Positions 57,868-64,000 of a DNA stretch of 64,000 bases are shown here, piece by piece (within the stretch, counting starts at the first letter, position 1; every line of letters starts with the position of its first letter). The stretch is from Scenedesmus sp. PABB004 (lineage: Eukaryota): NCBI GenBank assembly GCA_014905635.1, contig JABVCE010000021.1:310001-374000 (forward strand), in the 5' to 3' direction. Both the position numbers and the translations under genes were made by a program. Below the pieces are notes generated by a model. That model was not told where the DNA came from and searched no databases. It saw nothing but the letters and a program-made list of their open reading frames with translations.

Positions 57868-58722
57868 CACACTCGCCCACACACGCGGCCACACACGCCC
57901 ACGCGCAGGGCATGGCGGCGGGCGAGAACACGCTCAACGCCCTCTGCGCGCGCGTCGTCATGCGCAGCATTGCGGCCGGCGGCGGCACGTGCGCGCGCGA
58001 CCGCCGCGCGCCCGCCCGCACGCGCGGCAGCGCGAGCGCGCCGTGCCGACCGCCGCGCTGCCCGTGTTGTTGCTGCCGGGCCGCGCGCAGGTACAGCGCG
58101 GCCTCCTTCCTGCAAGCCTACGTCGACTTTATGACCACGCCCGGCAGCCACAACGACACATACGCCGAGAGCTTCCACCGCGACTTTTTCAAAAACTGGG
58201 CCGCCGGCGTGCCGCCCGAGCGCTGCGCGCTGGTGCGCGGCGGCGGCGGCGCGCGCGCGCCGGGCCGGGCCGGGCCGCCGGCGGCGGCGGCAAGCCCGTC
58301 CGCGCGCCGTCCGCGCCGCGCGCCGCCGCTCACGCCGGCGCTCGCGCCGACACCGCCGCGCCGCAGGGCACCGAGGGCCACAACACCGCGCAGATTGGCG
58401 GCTTTGTGATGCTGCCGCCGGTCATCATGGCCGCGGTCGCCGCCGCCGCGGCGAGCGGCGCGGAGCCCGACTCGGTCGCCGCCGCGGCGGCGGCGGCCGC
58501 CGTCGAGCACCTGGGGACCACGCACGACTCGCGCAAGCTCGCGGCGGCGGCGGAGCGCTACGCCCAGATGATGGCCCGCCTCGCGCTCGTGCGCGCCGCG
58601 CCGCGCCGCGCCGCGCCGCGCCGCGCCGCGCCGCGCCGCCGCCAGGCCCCCCGCGCCCGCCGCGCGCCGCTCCCCGCGCGTCGCGCGCGCGCGCGCGCCT
58701 GCCCATGCCGCCCACGCGCCCG

Positions 58723-58753
<31 letters not shown>

Positions 58754-59345
58754 ACACACGCACGCACACACACGCGCACGCACGCAGGGCGCGCCGCTGC
58801 GGCCGCTGGTCGAGGCGGAGGCGAAGCGCCTGCGCTTTGACCCGGCCGAGCTCGCGGGCAAGCTGTGGAACGACGTCAACATCGTGCACAGCGTGTTTGG
58901 GAGCGCGTGCTACATCGAGAGCAGCTGGCCCGCCACGCTCTACCTCGCGTGGAAGTACTCGGGTGCGCACGCGCGGCGGGGCGGGGCGCCGGCGCCGCGG
59001 GGCTGGCCGCCGCGGGGCGCTGCGCGGGCAAGACGCCGACGGAGCGCACCCCCGCCGCCGCCGCCGTGCACCGCCGCAGACTCGTTCGAGAAGGCGGTGC
59101 TGGCCAACACCAACGTCGGCGGCGAGAACTGCCACCGCGGCGCCGCGCTGGGCGCGCTCATGGGCGCGGCGCTCGGCGAGGCGGCCATCCCGCCGCGCCT
59201 CATCGAGGGGCTCGCGGCGAGCGGCGAGCTGCGCACCGAGATCGACGCCTTCTGCGCCGCCCTCTTCCCGGGCGGCGACGCGGCGGCTGCGGCGGCGGCC
59301 GCGGAGCCCGCGGCGGCGGCCGCCGAGCCCGCCGCGGCGGTGTGA
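56547..59345 (+). CDS. ADP-ribosylglycohydrolase family protein
   Basis: DRVRGALWG|IFIADALSMPVHWYYD, GENTLNA, HNDTYAE, HLGTTH, SACYIESSWPATLYLAWKY, LANTNVGGENCHRGAALGALMGA, IPPRLIEGL. Confidence 0.9.
57766..57872. repeat. (CA)n microsatellite in an ARH-family intron (a shorter tract lies at about 58739-58775)
   Basis: Long CA tract seen directly. Confidence 0.95.
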
Positions 59346-59556
59346 GCGGTGCGCGTGAGGGCGAGTAACGGAACGCGGGCCAGGGCACAGGGCTCGGCGG
59401 CGCCGCGCGGCGCGGCGGCCTCCCAACTTGCAGCGTGCTGTGGCCGCGCGCCACACACAGCCCGCAGCCCTCGCTCTATCTCTCGCGCGCGTGCCGTCGG
59501 CCGCAGCGGCCGCCGCCGAGAGAGCGCCCGGCCTCCGCCGGCGGGCGCCCGGCGCT

Positions 59557-61931
59557 ATGAAGCGCAAGAAGGCGCCCCGCGCGACTGTGAAGGCGCCCGC
59601 GCCGCCCAACCCGTTCGAGCTCAAGGCCCCGAAGCGCAAGTTCGATGTGCTCGGCCGGCGCAGCAAAGAGGGCAAGAAGAACGTCATCAAGTCGCGCGAG
59701 GAGGCCGTCGACCGGGTGCGACCGGCGCGCGGGACCGCGGCGGCGCGGGCGCCGCGGCGCGGCAGCAGCAGCGCGACAGCGGCGGCGGCCGCCACGCGCC
59801 GCCGCGGCTCACCCGGCCGCCGCGCCGCCGCGGCGCCGCCCCACCAGCGCAAGAAGACGCTGCTGGTGGAGTACAAGCAGCTGCGCAAGGCCAACACGTT
59901 CATCGACCGCCGCTTCGGCGGTGCGCGGCGCGCTGCGCCGGCGCCCGCACTGGCTTCCCCCGCGGCCGCCGCGCCCGCCCGCTGACGCCGCGCCCACCCG
60001 CGCGCCGCGGCGCGCCCGCAGAGGACGACCCGCGCCTGGACGAGGACGACCGCGCGCTCGCGCGCTTCCAGGCGCAACGCGTGCGCGAGGCGCGCAGCGC
60101 CGCCAAGTTTGCGCTCTCAGACGGGGCCGGCGCCGGCGGCGCCGGCGGCGGCGTGACGCTCACGCACGGCGGGCGCAGCCTGGAGGAGCTGGAGCAGCTC
60201 AACGCGCTGCCCGCCGACGCGGCGGCCGACCTCGACGACGACCTGCTAGAGGAGCTGGTGGCGCAATACCACTTTGGCGGCGGCGAGGGCGACGAGGGCG
60301 GCGGCGACGGCGGCGACGGCGGCGACGGCGGCGGCGGCCGCGAGGGCGGCGCCGGCGGGCGGCGCAAGTCCAAGAAGGAGGTGCGGCGGCGGCGGCGCCA
60401 GCAGCGCCGACGGCAGGGCCGGCGGCGGCGCGCCGACGCACAAACGCACACGGCGTGCGGCATGCGGCAAACGACACATGTGTGCCGCGCCCCGCGCCGC
60501 TGCCGCCGCCGCCGTGCGCCGCGTCCAGGTCATGGCTGAGATCATCGCCAAGTCCAAGGCGGCCAAGGCCGACAAGGCGCGGCAGAAGGAGGCGGACGAG
60601 GACGCGCTCGCCTCGCTGGACACCACCTTCCGCGCGCTCGTCGCCGACCCCGGCGGCGGCCTGCGCGGGCTGGTCAAGCCCGCGGGCTACGACAAGTGCG
60701 GCGCGCGGCGCGGCGCGGCGCGCCGCAGCGTGGCGCGCCGCGCGGCACGGGCGGGGTCGGCGCGTGCCGTGCGGCCCGCGCAGCCGCGGCTCACGGGACG
60801 GGCTGCGCGGTCGCCGCCGCGCCGCCGTGCCGCGCGCCCGCAGGGGCCGCAAGGCCAAGCCGGACAACGACGAGGACGCAGCATATGACCGCGCGGCGCG
60901 GGAGCTGGTGTTCGAGGCCAAGGGCCAGGTGCGCCGCGGCGTGGCGCGGCGCGGCGCGCGGGGAGCCGCGGCCGGCCGGCGCGCAGGCGCGGCCGCGGCA
61001 CGCGCAGCCCGTGCGGCGCGCGACCGCGGCGCTGCGCCGCGCCGCGCCGCGCCGCGCCGCGCAGGCGGGCGAGCGCACGCTGACGGCGGAGGAGCTGGAG
61101 GAGAAGGAGGCGGCGCGCCTGGCCGCGCTCGAGGCGGCGCGGCTGAAGCGCATGCGCGCCGACGCGCCCGACGGCGGCGACGACGGCGACGGCAACGGCG
61201 GCGCCGCCTCCGACGACGACGCCGCGGGGCTGCCGGCCGGGGGCTATGCGGCCAAGCGCGCGCGCGTGGCGCGCGACGCGCAAGAGGCGGAGCGCCGCCA
61301 GCGCCGCCGCCTGGACGCGTCGGGTGCGTGCGCGCCGGCGCCGCGGTCTGTGCCGCCCCCCCCCCCCCCCCCCGCCCCGCGCCCCGCCCTGCTTCGCCCC
61401 GCCCCGCCCCGCCGCGCCGCGCCGCGCCGCGCCATGCCCCGCTGACGGCTGCGCTGTCGCGCGCAGGCGACGCGCTCGATGAGAATTTCGCACTGAGCGA
61501 TGAGGACGGCAGCGGCAGCGGCAGCGGCAGCGACGACGACGACAATGACGACAGCGGCGGCGCGCCGGGCGCCGCCGCGCCGCCCGCCAACGCGCTCGAG
61601 GCACGGCGCCAGGCGGCCGCGGCGGGCGACCACCCGCTGCAGAAGTCGTTCCAGGCCGCGGCGGCGCGGCTGGCGGCCAAGTACGGCGTGGGCGGCGTGG
61701 GGCTCGCCAGCGAGTCGGGCAGCGAGTCGGACAGCGGCAGTGAGTCTGGGTCGGAGGAGTCTGACGGCGAGGGCAGCGGCAGCGGCAGCGGCGGCGAGGC
61801 TGAGGCAGACGAGGAGGACAAGGAGGACGAGGAGGAGGAGCTGCCGCACCCCACCAAGCAGGCCAAGAAGGCGGCAGCGGCGGCCAAGGCGGCGGCGGCA
61901 GCCCAGGCGGGCGACGCGGCCGCGCCGCGCG

Positions 61932-61969
<38 letters not shown>

Positions 61970-63810
61970 GCGGCGGCGGAGCTGGAGGGCCCGCTGGACC
62001 TGTCCTTCACGCCGCCGGTGCCAGAGACCTACGCCGAGCTCGTGGCGCTCGTGGGCGGCCGGCCGGCGGAGCAGCTGGCGCTCGCGATCAAGCGCGTGCG
62101 CAGCTTCAACGCCGCCGCGCTCGCGGCCGACAACAAGCGCAAGCTGCAGGCGCGACCCGCGTCGCGCGTCCGGCGCCGCGCCGCACGTCCGTCTCCGCCG
62201 CGCGTCGCCGCTCACCGCTGCGCCGGCGCCGCCGCGGCCGCCGGCATTGCCGCCAGGTCTTCTACGGCCTGCTGGTGCAGCACTTTGCGGCGCTCGCCGG
62301 CGAGCGCCCGACGCCGGCGGCGCACCTCGACGCGCTCACGGTCGCGCTGCTGTCGCTGACGCCGGAGGTGCCGTTTTACGCCGCGACCGTCGCGCGCACG
62401 CGGCTCGAGCGCCTGCACGACCGCCTTGCCGCCGCGCTGTCCGACCCGCTGGCGGCGGGGCCGCTGCTCGGCTGGCCCGGGCCGCGCGGCGTCGCGCAGC
62501 TGCGCCTCTTCGCTGTGCTCTTCCCCACGAGCGACAAGCGGCACCCCGTGACGACGCCGCTCGCGCTGCTGCTGGGCAAGTGCCTCGCGCAGTGCCCCGT
62601 GGCGCGGCCGTACCACGCCGCGCTGGGGCTGCTGCTCGCCGGCATGGCGCTGCACAACGCGGCCGCCGCGCCGCGCTTCGTGCCCGAGGCCAACGCCTTT
62701 GTCGCGGCGGCGCTGCGCGCGTTTGTGCCCGCGCCGCCGCCCGGCGGCAAGGCCGCGCCGGCCGCACGCGGCGGCGCCGAGCGCGACGCGGGCGCGGGCC
62801 TGTTCGCGCCGGGCGTGCTCGCGCTCAGCTGCTGCGGCGCCGGCGCCGGCAGCGCCGCGGGCGGCGGCAAGCGCAGGAAGCAGCAGCAGCTGGGCGGCGG
62901 CGGCGAGCAGCAGGCGCTGCCGACGCTCAACCTGCATCGCCTGCTCTCCAGCGAGCCGGACGCCGAGGAGCTCAGCAGCGACGCGTTCAAGCTGCAGCTG
63001 CTGGGCTGCGCGGTCGCGACCGCGACCCGCATCGCCGAGCTCAGCGGCGGCGTTGGCGACGCCGCGCCCGAGGTGCTCACGCCGCTGGCGGCGGCCGCCG
63101 CGGCGGCGGCGGGCGTGTGCGGGCTGCCGCCCGCGGCGGCCGCCGCGCTCGCCGCGCTGCGCGCGCGGCTGGCGGCCGCGGCCGACGCCGTGGCGGCGGC
63201 GCGCGCGCCGATGGTGCAATCGCACAGGTGGGGCGCGGCGCCGGCGCGCCCCGCCCCGCCCGCCTGCCTGCCTGCCCCGGCCACACGCACGCACGCGCGC
63301 ACGCGCGCACTCACGCCCCGCTCACCCACCAACACACCAACCCGCCCGCCCGCCCTCGCGCGCAGGGTCAAGCTCGTGGCGCCGCGTGAGTTCAACCCGC
63401 GGTATGAGGCGGACTTCAGCGCGCACGCCGACTACGACCCCGACCGCACGCGCGCGGCGGCGCGCAAGCTGCAGCGCCAGCTCGTCAAGGAGCGGCGCGG
63501 CGCGATGCGCGAGCTGCGGCGCGACGGCGCCTTCATGGCCGCGGTGCGGCGCCGCGGCGCGGCGCGGCGCGGCAGCACGGCGCGCGGCGCGCGGCCCGGC
63601 GCGGCGCCTCGGCGGCGGCGGCGCCGCTGCTCACGCGCCGCCGGCGCCGCCGCCACCGGCTTGCAGGAGCGCGACGCCGAGAAGGCGGCGGTCAACGCGG
63701 AGCGGCTCGCGAGCGAGCGCGCGTTCTACAGCGAGCTGCAGGTGCAGGAGGCGGACGCGAAGAGCGGCGGCCAGCGCGGCATGAACCCGCACCGCAAGAA
63801 GAAGAAGTGA
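59557..63810 (+). CDS. NOP14: Nucleolar protein 14 (SSU processome)
   Basis: NPFE...KFDVLGR, RKKTLLVEY...KANTFIDRRFG, LTHGGRSL, KSKKE|VMAEIIAKSK, YDRAARELVFE, ERTLT.EE, FPTSDKRHPVTTP, FVPEA, FNPRYE, KERRGAMRELRRD. Confidence 0.95.
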
Positions 63811-64000
63811 GCGGCGGGCGGCACCCGCGCGGCGCCGGCTGGGGCGGCACCCGCGCCGGCGGCACCCGCGCTCGCGCGTGGCGGCGATCGCGCGCGCGCG
63901 CGCACGCGGCGCGCCTGGTGAGCGGCGTAGTGAGAGCCGTGGCGTGCGGGCGGCAACTGCGCGCGGGCCCTCGCCGCCGCGGCGTATCCTCCGACGACCG

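Noticed and set aside
56547..59345. Selenoprotein J-like recoding in the ARH-family gene
   Set aside because: No in-frame TGA in the reconstructed exons and no SECIS recognised.
1..64000. Hundreds of long overlapping R/A/P/G-rich ORFs in the six-frame track
   Set aside because: Stop codons are rare at this GC content. These ORFs run through introns or antisense to real genes and carry no family motifs.

Overview
Nuclear DNA from a green alga: extremely GC-rich, gene-dense and intron-rich. Chlorophyceae, probably Sphaeropleales, is my inference from gene content, GTGCG...GCAG introns and TGTAA signals. About 20 spliced protein-coding genes were reconstructed by hand: DnaJ/DUF1977, ureide permease, bacterial-type topoisomerase IA, PAO-family Rieske oxygenase, TMEM245/AI-2E-like membrane protein, an NNC-motif protein, RmlD-like reductase, NDUFA8, divergent cyclin, tandem SpoVS-like protein, BCAT, NBD-only Hsp70, mTERF-like protein, an orphan, HCAR, pTAC16-like protein, mitoribosomal mS35, NDC80, ADP-ribosylglycohydrolase and NOP14. 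Most long six-frame ORFs in the track are GC-driven artefacts. The most unusual signals are: (1) at least 17 GC-AG introns, roughly 1 in 8 by hand count and always AG|GC(G/A)CG; (2) a topoisomerase IA followed by two HMG-box-like domains; (3) a tandem SpoVS/Alba-like organellar protein; (4) a pTAC16-like gene with an array of 108-nt phase-0 exons and GTQK repeats; (5) an HCAR intron whose GC donor is buried in a perfect 14-bp hairpin next to a telomere-like hairpin; (6) a 1.7-kb lower-GC non-coding island. About nine apparent frameshifts suggest assembly indel errors. All family assignments are from recognised motifs, not database searches.
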